Of a stretch of 32,000 nucleotides of DNA, positions 19,917 to 29,492 are shown piece by piece. This DNA is from Mycobacterium leprae TN (GTDB lineage: Bacteria; Actinomycetota; Actinomycetes; Mycobacteriales; Mycobacteriaceae), in NCBI RefSeq assembly GCF_000195855.1, contig NC_002677.1, positions 840,001 to 872,000 of the forward strand, read 5' to 3'. Both the position numbers and the translations under genes were made by a program. The notes under the pieces were generated by a model. The model worked only from the letters and a program-made list of their open reading frames with translations. It was not told where the DNA came from and searched no databases. Positions within the stretch are counted from its first letter, which is position 1; each line of letters starts with the position of its first letter.

Positions 19917-20588
19917 CTATTGCGGCGGCTGACGCGCGATCGCCATCGCATCGGCCAGTTCTTTGGAAATCTCGGGCACCCGGGCGATGGCGTCCAGCAG
20001 CGCATGCGCGCAGGAGTCGGCAAGGCGATCGGCGTCGGTCGATGGGTCCATGATTCGTTGCCGGCACACTTCGAACGTAAACGCCAGCCAGCCGTGCACG
20101 ATTACCCGCAGGTCTCGCTCGATATCCGGATGCAGTTTGGACTCCGGTACTACGCTCACTACATCCCCAATCCGGGACATGATGTGTTCCATCTGGCGGT
20201 TCTTGGCTTCGTCGTCAATGCCGAGCAGAACCGGGTCAGAACGGCCAAGACCGACGTAGGCTGCCCATGCAGCCTCCGGATTCTGCTTGTGGTAGGCCAT
20301 ATAGGCCAGTACACCGACGCGCACTTCTTCGAACATGGTCAAACCAGCAGGAGGCGGAATGTTCGTGGCCGCGTACAGTCGATCAGCTTCGTCCTTGACA
20401 ACCGCGGCGAAGAACGCGCGCTTGTCAGGGAAATAGTGATACATCAGCGCGCGCGACACCCCCGCACGCTCGGCGATCTCATCGATGCGGACTTCGTCAT
20501 AGGGTCGCTTCCCGAACACTTCTGCTCCCAGTGCCAGCAGCTCAGCACGCCGATCCTCGGGAGATAAACGCCTCCTGGCTGTGGTCAT
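19917..20588 (-). CDS. TetR-family transcriptional regulator (Rv3295-like)
   Basis: Intact ORF with the HTH RIDEIAERAGVSRALMYHYFPDKRAFF. ATG at 20588 (MTTARRRLSPEDRRAELLALG) gives 223 codons, matching the size I recall for the orthologue. The ORF-track extension to a TTG at 20645 is probably not translated. Confidence 0.88.
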   Translation of the reverse strand: MTTARRRLSPEDRRAELLALGAEVFGKRPYDEVRIDEIAERAGVSRALMYHYFPDKRAFFAAVVKDEADRLYAATNIPPPAGLTMFEEVRVGVLAYMAYHKQNPEAAWAAYVGLGRSDPVLLGIDDEAKNRQMEHIMSRIGDVVSVVPESKLHPDIERDLRVIVHGWLAFTFEVCRQRIMDPSTDADRLADSCAHALLDAIARVPEISKELADAMAIARQPPQ

Positions 20589-20649
20589 GTGACAGAATAT
20601 TACCCATGGCGGGTATACGACCTGCGGGTGCGTGGACTCAGCCAAACTC

Positions 20650-22040
20650 TTACCTATATTTTATACTCTGCGCTAGTGGCAACTCGTCGGAGTAGTTGAC
20701 GGTGTTGGTGGAGCGCCGCATGTAGGTCTTCTGCGCGTCTAAACTAACTTTCTGCCCGCTGCCGGTTTGCTTCTCGCCGCCAATCTTAGCGTCCGATGTG
20801 CCGATGTTGACGTTGGTGATACCGCAGTCCGGTCCATTTACGGAGCGCTCCTCCTCACGTAGGTTGATAGTGAAGGTTGACGATAAAAGTCCTTGTGACA
20901 CAGTGTTATTAAGCGAGATCGCTTCGTCAAAATTGTCGTAGGTCAGCGTGTAGAGGATCGGTGTAAACGTTTCGGTGGTCACGATGGTGGTCTGCGACGG
21001 GATTCGGATCACGCCGGACAGCAACGCACCTAGCGTCGACAGGTCGCTTATAGGACAGCTGCCTACCACGCGGAGACCAGGTGCGCCACTACGTTGTCGG
21101 CCACTAAGCGGTGTATGATAAGAGTTTAGACAAAATGGTGTAAAGATGACCGGCGGTGCCGACGTTGGCAAAAGCGATGCCGGCACCGCCAGGTCCAGGT
21201 CGGCCTACGGCGTCACGAGGGCTACGTTGTTGCCACCACCTCCAGCAACGCTAGCCCGAACGGCGCCGCGACGCGTGGACCAGCTTGTTGATCCATTCGC
21301 ACCGACCCGGTGGCCGGGACACAACGCTATCCGATGATCGTCGGCCAGCTGCCCCGTTGAGCTCGTAGTCGCTATACAATTAGGCTGCTGACCGCTGCTG
21401 GCGCACCGCCGTCTGCGGTGGCTCGCCCAATCAGCACCTGGCAGGCCGGTCCTGTCAACGGTGTCAGCTTCGAGGGCTTCCACACCACGGTGATGCCACA
21501 CACCAGTGCTATTGCCACGTTCCACGTCCAGACTGCGATTGGGAAGTTGAACGCTGTGATCGCACCGACTACGCCAAGCGGATGCTAGTTATCTATAACC
21601 GATGGTTAGGGTGCTACGATACGCTGGTCCAGCCGTAGAGTTGGCTCTACAGGATGACCGTGAATTGGACTTTGATTTTCCTGGCTTTCTCCATCCTCCT
21701 CGGAAGCGATATTTGTCTACCTCGATTGTTACTAGCGTGGCGGGGTCGTTCTTGTGTGCGGGTGAGTAGTTAGCCGAGCCGGACTACCAGGACACCGTGC
21801 ACTGGCATCGGTGTGCTTCGCTAGGACCAAAACGCCTGGGTGGTATCCGCGATCGTGCGATCCTCCTACTCGGGTGTGGTTTGTGCGATGGTGAGCAGGA
21901 CCTCGCTGGTAATCGGTGTGCTGGGGGTAAGCCGCGCTTGCCTAGTTTTCCCAGCGTTGCGTGGGTTCCGTTCGAGCTGCCGATCGCTGTGAGGGCCGTC
22001 TTGTTTACCCGGGTGCGTAACTCGTTTGTGGTCATAAGTG
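20650..22040 (-). pseudogene. pcd: Piperideine-6-carboxylate (aldehyde) dehydrogenase pseudogene
   Basis: Fragments read [77 protein letters not shown] and SSLIV* (TAG at 21372-21374). Further fragments are LLEVVATT and a C-terminus NNTVSQGL.SSTFT..LREEER.....DCGITNVNIGTSDAKIGGEKQTG. They are in order but in shifting frames. The N-terminal boundary is approximate. Confidence 0.8.
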
Positions 22041-22059
22041 CCGTTCTTCCCCATCGCTC

Positions 22060-23336
22060 CGTGCCTCGCAAGCAGGTGGTGCCCCGCTGCATCGTCGTCG
22101 GCGCGAGTTGACACGCTAACTGGGGTGTTTCCTTGGAGAGCGTTTCGTATAGCGCGTACGGGTCGTGAATGTTGTGGGCTATAGCCCTAGCCAACTGCCT
22201 GATGTCGTAACTGGAATCGTAGGAAGCGTCCTCGGCGGCAAGCAGGAAATCCTGGTGGACAATCGGGGCCTACGGGGTGTCACTGCGATAATAGGCTCAG
22301 TCTTTGAGTGGCTATTTTTTCAGCAGTCGACGGAAAGTATTTGCTCCACACTGTGGCAGTGTCGGCAGTTTCCATAACAGCGTCGTAACGTTCGCGGCTC
22401 TGCGGCGTCAGTGCGACACCGCACGCTTCGATTTCTCCGAACCGCACCTGAAGCTGTCTTTGGGTGAGGGTGGCTTGATACCTGGACCGTTCTAACGGAA
22501 CAGGTTTGGCTCGGCGAATGCACGAAACGAATTCTGTTGCAACAGCACATCGGGTCCGTGGGTGCATGCTGGTTCCTGTATGGCATCGATCATAGTTATG
22601 CCACGAGCAGTCATACTGTTGTGTAGATAGTCGATGTCGGGGACCCGCGGGGTCAGATGATTGATGTAGGTGTAGCCGACGCAGGCGATGTCGGAAGCCA
22701 TTGCCACACTCGGGATAACTCGCCGTACCAAGACTTCTTGACAGGTTCGCGCAATAGCACGAATAGCGCTACCGCTTCAGAGAAAAACGGACGCTCCTGG
22801 ATCGGGATCGGCGTCACAGTCGTCATCCGGCGGCGATTTGTCGGGTCTGAGCCAACAATGCGGGGTCGAACAGTTGACGTTGGCCCAGGAAGGTTTTCTA
22901 CACAGGTGCGCCGACTGGCTTCGAGGTATCGGAGAATCGCGGGTGGCTAGCATCTAGGTGAAAAACCGGAACATGTTGTGCTCCAGATCATTTACATCGA
23001 TAGATCGAAAATTATTGTACGACAATGGAATGAGAGACTATTCGGAACGAAGATCGTAATAGTCGTCCGGCAACATGCTGAACGCTACGAAGAGGTCAGC
23101 GACGGCAGTCAATTCGTCCGGGTTGCCTACACGGATAGAGTCGTGTCGCTTAGCGGTGACCCGTTACATTGAAGCGCAACACTGTACACGCCAATGGCGT
23201 GTCAGGTAGTTGGAGGTGACTTAGGCTGCTGACTGCGACCAGCGTGGCGTATGCGGGCACCTCGCTGGGCTATATGGCCGACAACTCGGCAGCGAATCGT
23301 ACACAGTTGCCAGGCAGCCAGCTGTATTGGGCTCAT
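22060..23336 (-). pseudogene. DUF1338 (YdcJ/HglS-family metal-dependent oxygenase) pseudogene, positional equivalent of Rv3292
   Basis: Minus-strand fragments read FAAELSAI*PSEVPAYATLV (TAG at 23270-23272) and AKRHDSIRVGNPDELTAVADLFVAFSMLPDDYYDLRSE*SLIPLSYNNFRSIDVNDLEHNMFRFFT. Further fragments are YINHLTPRVPDIDYLHNSM, RFGEIEACGVALTPQSRERYD and PIVHQDFL. They align in order with my memory of E. coli YdcJ (ERHGAIRVG, INHLTPR.LDID, RFGEIEQRGVALTPKGR.LYD) but are spread over several frames. Confidence 0.7.
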
Positions 23337-23363
23337 GCGGAGACGCTGCGATAGTCTCCGGTC

Positions 23364-23805
23364 ATGGGTGAAACCCAGATGACGCCAACTGGATCTTGAT
23401 GTGTGAGCTGGTAGCTGACGGGCACGCCACTTTGTTGGAGTTGGCGGACTGTCGGTTTCGGCGGTTCAGGAGCGGACGCGCAGGTTGGAGTATCGCGTTG
23501 TGGCGTCTGAATATTCGGGGCTGATCAACCAGAAGGCGGTTGGGTAGCTGCTGTTGGCGTTCGTGGCAATCACTCCTCGTGATCTGTCTTAACCCGATGA
23601 TGCGCCCACCCGCCTGGAGCACATCGAGGAAATCGAGTCGTGTCACTCGGTGGTCGGTGAAGAAAGCTACATCTTGCTAGTACGTGTCGCGTCTGCACGT
23701 GCGCTGGAGGATCAGCTGCAAAGGATCCGGGCAGCGACGAATGTCACGATCCGAAGTACGGTAATACTAAAACTATTTTTACAGCCACAGGTAGCACATA
23801 CCCGG
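23364..23805 (+). pseudogene. lrpA: Lrp/AsnC-family regulator pseudogene
   Basis: Fragments read WILMCELVADGHATLLELAD, SAVQERTRRLE and SGLINQKAVG*LLLAFVAITPRDLS*PDDAPTRLEHIEEIESCHSVVGEESYILLVRVASARALEDQLQRIRAATNV. The in-frame stops are TAG at 23545-23547 and TAA at 23590-23592. There are also frameshifts at the N- and C-termini. Confidence 0.75.
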
Positions 23806-23889
23806 AAATTTTACTACATAAATATGAAATACAATGTAAAATTCTGTAAAAAAACCACTAGCATCATGCTACAATTGCTGTTTTAAGAT

Positions 23890-25223
23890 CGGTTGCATTC
23901 GTTGGTCCACAAACAGAACCAGACCAGGTGCATGACGCGCTTGCGCACAGCATTCTGACCGGCTTTTTCGACCTGGTACTGGTTCTGACCTGCTCGATCG
24001 GCTCGTATCTGGTCGATGTCCGAACCGGTCAGTGCTATTCCGACCTGTTCACCTTCTACGCTTCATAGGCACCGGACATAAATCATCCGGCGCTGGTCAA
24101 GAACAACGAAATCTGTGCTGAACTCATAGCGGTGGTGCTGAACAAGCCCAGTAATTTCGACGTGTACTCGGTGGCAATGGCCAGCTTGGTCGAGACCTTC
24201 GGGCGCGTGCTGGGTGATCCGGCCTTGCCGCATCTGTTCTTCATCGAAGGTGATGTGCTGGCGGTGGAGAACGCATTCAAGTGTCGCGTTCGCCTGGACG
24301 GGTCGGTACAACGAAGCCTACGGTATCGATCCATTGCTGGGCACTCGGGTGCTGCACTTGCGTGGGGTATTTCGCGGCCGCAGCGGCTACACTTTGCCGC
24401 TCACCAATACCAAGTCTATTGCCGTGGCCCGGTTCTAGACATTCGACTGGAGATGCATTTACGTGCCTTATATCTGGTTTATCTGGTCCGGAGTCGATTT
24501 GGATGTGCTAGAAGCCGAATCACTGAGTCAGGTGCGCGCGGCATTTTAGACACACCTGTACTCCATCGCTTTACTTTCTGGCCGAGCTGATCCACGGGGA
24601 AGGTAGCGACCGACATTTTCGGCCAGAGTTCTTCGTGGCGATGCGTGAGTTGCGTGACTAATACAATGCTCTGCTGATTTTCGACGAGGTGCAGACCGGC
24701 TGTGGGTTGATCGGAACCCCTTGGGCCTAAAAACAATTGGATATGCAACCCGACGTAGTCGACTTCGGCAAGAGGACGCAGGTGTGTGGAGTCAAGGCAG
24801 GTCACCGAGATGACGAAATTAGCCGACAATGTGTTACGGTCTCTTCCCGGATCAACTCGACGTGGGGCGGCGATCTTACCGACCTAGTGTGCGTCCGACG
24901 GATCCTTGAGGTGATCGAAACCGAGGGGTGGTTCGAATCTGCGGCTCAGCAGGGCAGCTACTTTGCGCGCTTGGCTCGGCGAGTTCGCCGACGATTTCCT
25001 GGCACTGATTCTCGACTCGAGCGGCCGCAGCCGGTCGGATGTGTGCTTTCAACATGCCGACCAGTGCCGGTCGCGACAGAGGTGATCCGCCAGCTGTTGC
25101 TACCTGCGGTGATCGTGCTGCCCAACGGCAACGATGGCGTATGGTTGCGTCCCGCCTTCCTTGTGGTCACGCGGCTGATCGCTGGCCGTGTGCGGCGCGT
25201 TGCAGGCGCTGACGAGGCCGTGA
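23890..25223 (+). pseudogene. lat: L-lysine epsilon-aminotransferase pseudogene
   Basis: Fragments read HDALAHSILTGFFDLVL...GSYLVDVRTG...FTFYAS* (TAG at 24066-24068), LNKPSNFDVYSVAMASLVETFGRVLGDPALPHLFFIEGDVLAVENAFK, HLRG.F.GRSGYTL.LTNTK and GEGSDRHFRPEFFVAMRELRD*. Further fragments are ALLIFDEVQTGCGLIGTPWA* and DVVDFGKRTQVCGV...SRINSTWGGDLTDLV..RRILEVIETEG. There are many stops and frame changes. The 5' boundary is approximate. Confidence 0.8.
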
Positions 25224-25339
25224 CGGTGGGTCGCCAAACGGGTTTGCCTTTTTTGGGATTGTTGTGGCGGATCTATGGGACCAGAGCGACGTTGTAGCGG
25301 CCAACAACCGGATATGAGGTTTGCGGGGGATGGATAAAG

Positions 25340-25706
25340 TACGTGAACGATCAGGTGGTGGTGATCATCTGGGTAGGAGGACGGTGAGGTTCGCGCCGCG
25401 ATCCGGTTCGCCATGTTGGCTGCAGTAGCCGGCGTTGGCTTCCTGATCGCGGCCGCGTTATGGGTCAGCCCCTGCGGGGGAGCGGGCATCGACGCGGTGG
25501 CCTGTGACCGCCTCAGCTGACGTTGCTAGCGTTCGGGGGTCCGCTGATTTTGTTCGCCGCGGGGCTTCGTGCGTGCCTACTTCGTCTGGCACGACCGGGG
25601 TACCTGGTGGTGCTGGGACGGCGCCGGCTGGTTTTTGTTGACGCTGATGGTGTTAACGCTGTTTTTAGGTGTGCCGCCGATTGCCGGCTCGATAATGGCA
25701 CTTTGA
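25340..25706 (+). pseudogene. Small membrane protein pseudogene (Rv3289c-like position)
   Basis: Hydrophobic fragments read MLAAVAGVGFLIAAALWVSPCGGAGIDAVACDRLS* (TGA at 25518-25520), LAFGGPLILFAAGLRA, then in another frame YFVWHDRGTWWCWDGAGWFLLTLMVLTLFLGVPPIAGSIMAL* (stop at 25704-25706). The assignment rests mainly on synteny. Confidence 0.4.
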
Positions 25707-25814
25707 ATCGTCCGCTCTCTCGCCAAACCTGTTCTGTGAATTCTACCGCTGATGCTAGGTCCTTGGTCTTGCGCAGGCGAAACGATGGGACGAACAAACG
25801 GGACAGAAGTAGCT

Positions 25815-26126
25815 ATGGGAGACACCTATCGTGATTTGGTCGACCATTTGCGGACGACACGGGTCTTCGTTGGTGAGTTTCTGATCGACGTACTGCACTG
25901 ACTTGGTAACCTTTTTGTCGTGGCGGCTATGATCGGTATGGTTAGCCAGTCTTGCGGCCTTCGGGACCGGAAATCATAACCAGGGCATGACGGTAAGTGT
26001 AGTCGCGATCACCGTGACGGTGCTCGTCTTGCTAACGAGCACCGGTGGATCCGCAAGATCGCAGATCGGTGGTACCCCGAACATCCCGAAGTCCGCTGGC
26101 TAGTTGCGACCAGTGTCCTAGCGTGA
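25815..26126 (+). pseudogene. usfY: usfY-like small membrane protein pseudogene
   Basis: The gene opens ATG GGA GAC ACC TAT CGT..., reading MGDTYRDLVDHLRTTRVFVGEFLIDVLH*. TGA at 25899-25901 sits where I recall a Trp codon in M. tuberculosis UsfY. Homology continues after the stop (LGNLFVVAAMIGMV ... HRWIRKIADRWYPEHPEVR). Confidence 0.6.
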
Positions 26127-26286
26127 TCAACTCGCGGTTGTTCAGCGTCGACTAGTCTGGGGTGGTAAAAAATCTTTCGCTCTTTCTTTAACTTCATTTA
26201 ACGGGCAGCCGGGATTTCGTGACGTGCTTTGCCGCCGCTACAGGTCGCCAGTCCTGCTGGACACTGGCGGGAACCTAATATCCGTG

Positions 26287-26314
26287 GGTTTTACCAGTCG
26301 TATCGAGCGGATAT
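26287..26314 (+). promoter_or_regulatory. SigF-type promoter-like motif (GGTTT-N17-GGATAT) upstream of the decayed rsbW-sigF operon
   Basis: GGTTT at 26287-26291 is followed by a 17-nt spacer and GGATAT at 26309-26314. I recall the mycobacterial SigF consensus as roughly GGTTT-N16-17-GGGTAT, so this is one mismatch in the -10 element. It lies about 210 nt upstream of the rsbW ATG. Confidence 0.3.
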
Positions 26315-26521
26315 CACTTTGTACACTGTGATGAGTGACCACCGTGGTCCCGGTGATAACCTCGACGTGAACACGTTGCGCGCTCGCTTCCGTGTACATC
26401 AGGTACGCTCCGTATCCGGTGGAACACTCAACGGCAATCATGACTAACCGACTCGAAGGCGGACTTCTCACTGGGACTGGGAGTAATGTCAGTCAGATGT
26501 TGCCAGGAGAACAAGTGAGTA

Positions 26522-26943
26522 ATGCGGAATTACGTCCCAAACCGGGGATAACGAGGTCACCGCTCTGTCGAACTGCATGTTGCCACGCATTTGGAGCACC
26601 TGGTGTTGCTCCAAATCTTGGTCGGTGTGATCGGCACCTTTGAAGACCTGGATTTTGGCGCTGTGGCGAACTTGCTGCTGGCGGTAGACGAAGCATACAT
26701 ACGGTTGGTCCGCTCGGCAACTTCGGACTCAACGCTCGTTCTGGTGGTCGATTCACGCGACGACGAATTGGTGGTGGAGGCTTCTGCGATTTGCGACACC
26801 TACGATGTTGTGGCAGTTGGCATTTCCTAATGTCGTTGACCGACCATGTACAGACTTGCCACGGCCCTATAAAACCGGCAGCCTTTTTAAAGGCACGAAG
26901 GGCGGCTCTGCGGCCGGTGACAGTGCGAGCTACCGGCGATTAG
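26522..26943 (+). pseudogene. rsbW: Anti-sigma-F factor (RsbW/UsfX) pseudogene
   Basis: The gene reads MRNYVPNRG* (TAA at 26549-26551), then RGHRSVELHVATHLEHLVLLQILVGVIGTFEDLDFGAVANLLLAVDEAYIRLVRSA...LVLVVDSRDDELVVEASAICDTYDVVAVGIS* (TAA at 26828-26830). The C-terminus continues in another frame and ends VTVRATGD* at 26941-26943. Confidence 0.7.
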
Positions 26944-27688
26944 ACTTCGCCGCCTTAACGAATACGCCGAGTCCCGGAGATGTTTCGTAAGCTTGCCGTA
27001 TCCACCGCCGACTCAGCGGAGTCCTGACGCCTCCGGTAGGAGATTGTGGAGCGCTGCTTGTCGCTGGTTGGTCACATCGCCAGGAGGTTCGTAGGCCGCG
27101 ACGCACCGTGTGACGACTTTGTCCAGATCGTGCGGGTCGGATTGGTCAATTCGGGTAGTGCGTTTCGACCCCGAAACCGGGATCAGATTTCATCTTGTTT
27201 GTGGTGCCTGCGATCATGAGTGAGGGTTCGACGTTACTTCCGCGACAACAGCTCTGGTCGGTCCAGGTTCCCCGGCGTCTGAAGGAACTGCACTTACAAC
27301 TTGGCACAGCGACGGCTGAACTGTCACAACGTCTTGACCGGGCGCCCACCGCATCCGAACTCGGCATGGATCGTAACGAGGTTGTCGAGGGGCTGGTTGC
27401 CGGCAGTTCCCAGAACACCTTGTCCATCGACAGCGGCAACGATGACGACGACGTCTGCGCTATCGCCGATACGTTGGGCGACGTGGACGCAGGCTTTGAG
27501 CGGATCGAAAATCGGGAGGCGCTATCTCTATTGCTTGAGGTGTTGCCCAAGTGGGAACGATATGGCATTTAGTGCTTCGCGTTTCGAGTCGATGACGCAG
27601 ATTGCTGAGAGGGTAGGAATTTTACAAATCGATGTGACATTGGCTGTTGGCTACATCGCTAGCGCGGCTGTGGGACCAGCTAGAGTAG
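26925..27688 (+). pseudogene. sigF: Alternative sigma factor SigF pseudogene
   Basis: Fragments read NEYAE.PEMFRKLA, IVERCLSLVGHIARRF, VRVGLVN and VRVRRYFRDNS (out of frame relative to its flanks). A long piece follows: WSVQVPRRLKELHLQLGTATAELSQRLDRAPTASELGMDRNEVVEGLVAGSSQNTLSIDSG...IADTLGDVDAGFERIENREAL. It ends at a premature TAG (27570-27572). Then FESMTQIAERVGI and ARLWDQLE* (stop at 27686-27688) follow. Confidence 0.8.
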
Positions 27689-27695
27689 GCCAGCC

Positions 27696-29492
27696 TTACT
27701 TGATCTCGGCGAGCACCGTGCCTTGAGTGATGGCCGTGCCGGCTTCGACCGCCAAGCCCGTTATGATACCATCTTTATGTGCGGTGACTGGGTTCTCCAT
27801 CTTCATAGCCTCGAGGACCACCACTAGGTCGCCTGTCATCACTGTTTGTCCCTCCGCAACGGCGACCTTGACTACGGTGCCCTGCATGGGCGCGGTCACC
27901 GCGTCACCGGAGGTCGCTGCGCCGGTGTGTCCACCGCGCTTGCGCGGCTTGGGTTTTTTGCGGATAACACCGGCTGGATTGCAGCCGGCCGGGTTAGCTA
28001 ATGCGAGATCGGCGGGCAGCGAGACCTCGAGTCGGCGGCCGTCGACCTCGACGATCACCGTCTGTTGTGGCCTGGTGTCCTCTTCGTCGAGGGGCTGGTT
28101 GTCGATGAAGGGTTCGATGGTGTTATTCCACTCGGTTTCGATCCAGCGGGTGTGCACCGAGAAGCTGTTGTTGTCGCCGATCAGCGCCGGGTCGGATACC
28201 ACAGCGCGGTGGAACGGGATGACCGTGGCCAGGCCTTCGACCTCGAATTCGTCCAGTGCGCGGCGGGCGCGCGCCAGTGCTTCCTGGCGAGTGGCGCCGT
28301 GCACGATCAGCTTGGCAAGCATGGAGTCGAACTGGCCACCGATTACCGAACCGGTCTCTACCCCGGAGTCCAATCGCACGCCGGGACCGGTGGGCGGGTG
28401 GAACTTGCTAACAGGCCCCGGCGAGGGCAGAAAGTTGCGTCCTGCGTCCTCGCCATTGATTCGGAACTCGATGGCGTGACCGCACGGGATAGGATCCTTG
28501 ATCAGTTCGAGCTTTTCGCCGTTGGCGATCTTGAACTGCTGCAGCACCAGATCAATGCCTGTGGTCTCTTCGGTGACCGGGTGCTCAACTTGAAGGCGGG
28601 TGTTGACTTCCAGGAACGAGATTAGGCCATCCTGGCCGACAAGATATTCTACCGTCCCAGCGCCGTAGTAGTGGGCCTCCTTGCAGATTCGCTTCGCGGA
28701 TTCGTGGATTTCCTTACGCTGGGCGTCTGTTAGGAACGGCGCCGGCGCCTCCTCGACCAGCTTCTGGAAACGCCGCTGTAGCGAGCAGTCCCGAGTACCG
28801 GCGACGACAATGTTGCCGTGCTGATCGGCGATTACCTGCGCTTCGACGTGTCGGGGCTTATCTAGGTAGCGCTCAACAAAACATTCCCCGCGGCCGAACG
28901 CAACGGTGGCCTCACGCACCGCCGATTCGTATAGTTCGGAAATCTCCTCGAGGGTGCGGGCCACTTTCATGCCCTTGCCGCCGCCACCGAAGGCGGCCTT
29001 GATCGCGATCGGTACCCCGTGTTCTTTGGCGAAGGCCACCACCTCGTCGGCGTTTTTGACCGGATCCGGGGTGCCGGGCACTAGGGGAGCCTGTGCGCGG
29101 GCGGCGATATGGCGGGCGGTGACCTTGTCGCCGAGGTCGCGGATCGATTGTGGGCTGGGCCCGATCCAGATCAGGCCGGCGTCGATGACGGCCTGGGCGA
29201 AGTCAGCATTCTCGGCAAGGAACCCGTAACCGGGATGGATCGCGTTGGCTCCGGATTTTGCAGCGGCGTCGAGGATCTTACCGAAGTCCAAGTAGGACTC
29301 TGCGGAAGTGTGACCTCCCAGCGCGAACGCTTCGTCGGCCAGCCGCACATGTGGCGCCTCGGCGTCAGGCTCGGCGTATACTGCCACGCTAGGCAGTCTC
29401 GCATCGCGGGCCGCGCGGATCACCCGGACAGCAATTTCGCCGCGGTTGGCGACGAGAACCTTGGCGATCCTCGAGCTGGCGTGACTGGCCAC
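27696..29492 (-). CDS. accA3: Acyl-CoA carboxylase alpha subunit (biotin carboxylase plus biotin carboxyl carrier domain)
   Basis: Intact 598-codon ORF with a GTG start at 29492. AGGAGG lies 4 nt upstream (plus-strand CCTCCT at 29497-29502). The protein has a biotin carboxylase/ATP-grasp body ([26 protein letters not shown]) and a C-terminal biotinylation motif, [11 protein letters not shown]. Confidence 0.95.
   Translation of the reverse strand: MASHASSRIAKVLVANRGEIAVRVIRAARDARLPSVAVYAEPDAEAPHVRLADEAFALGGHTSAESYLDFGKILDAAAKSGANAIHPGYGFLAENADFAQAVIDAGLIWIGPSPQSIRDLGDKVTARHIAARAQAPLVPGTPDPVKNADEVVAFAKEHGVPIAIKAAFGGGGKGMKVARTLEEISELYESAVREATVAFGRGECFVERYLDKPRHVEAQVIADQHGNIVVAGTRDCSLQRRFQKLVEEAPAPFLTDAQRKEIHESAKRICKEAHYYGAGTVEYLVGQDGLISFLEVNTRLQVEHPVTEETTGIDLVLQQFKIANGEKLELIKDPIPCGHAIEFRINGEDAGRNFLPSPGPVSKFHPPTGPGVRLDSGVETGSVIGGQFDSMLAKLIVHGATRQEALARARRALDEFEVEGLATVIPFHRAVVSDPALIGDNNSFSVHTRWIETEWNNTIEPFIDNQPLDEEDTRPQQTVIVEVDGRRLEVSLPADLALANPAGCNPAGVIRKKPKPRKRGGHTGAATSGDAVTAPMQGTVVKVAVAEGQTVMTGDLVVVLEAMKMENPVTAHKDGIITGLAVEAGTAITQGTVLAEIK

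Noticed and set aside
19920-20567. Plus-strand ORF of 215 aa.
   Set aside because: It is antisense to the TetR gene, whose helix-turn-helix and full-length homology decide the coding strand.
20589-20645. TTG-initiated N-terminal extension of the TetR ORF (MAESTHPQVVYPPWVIFCH).
   Set aside because: Homology starts at the internal ATG (MTTARRRL...). The extension would run almost into the pcd stop codon.
24930-24939. GGTTCGAATC, a tRNA T-loop-like decamer.
   Set aside because: The flanks do not form a T-stem (GGTGG versus CTGCG), and no acceptor or anticodon arm is evident. It lies in the lat remnant and encodes ..EGWFESA.., which matches Lat.
27681-27700. Short imperfect hairpin (AGTAGGC..GCCTTACT) in the 7-bp gap between convergent sigF and accA3.
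   Set aside because: The stem has a bulge and only about 7 bp, and it overlaps both stop regions. It is not strong enough to call a terminator.
27727-28625. Plus-strand ORFs 27727..28479 (250 aa) and 28065..28625 (186 aa).
   Set aside because: They are antisense shadows of accA3.
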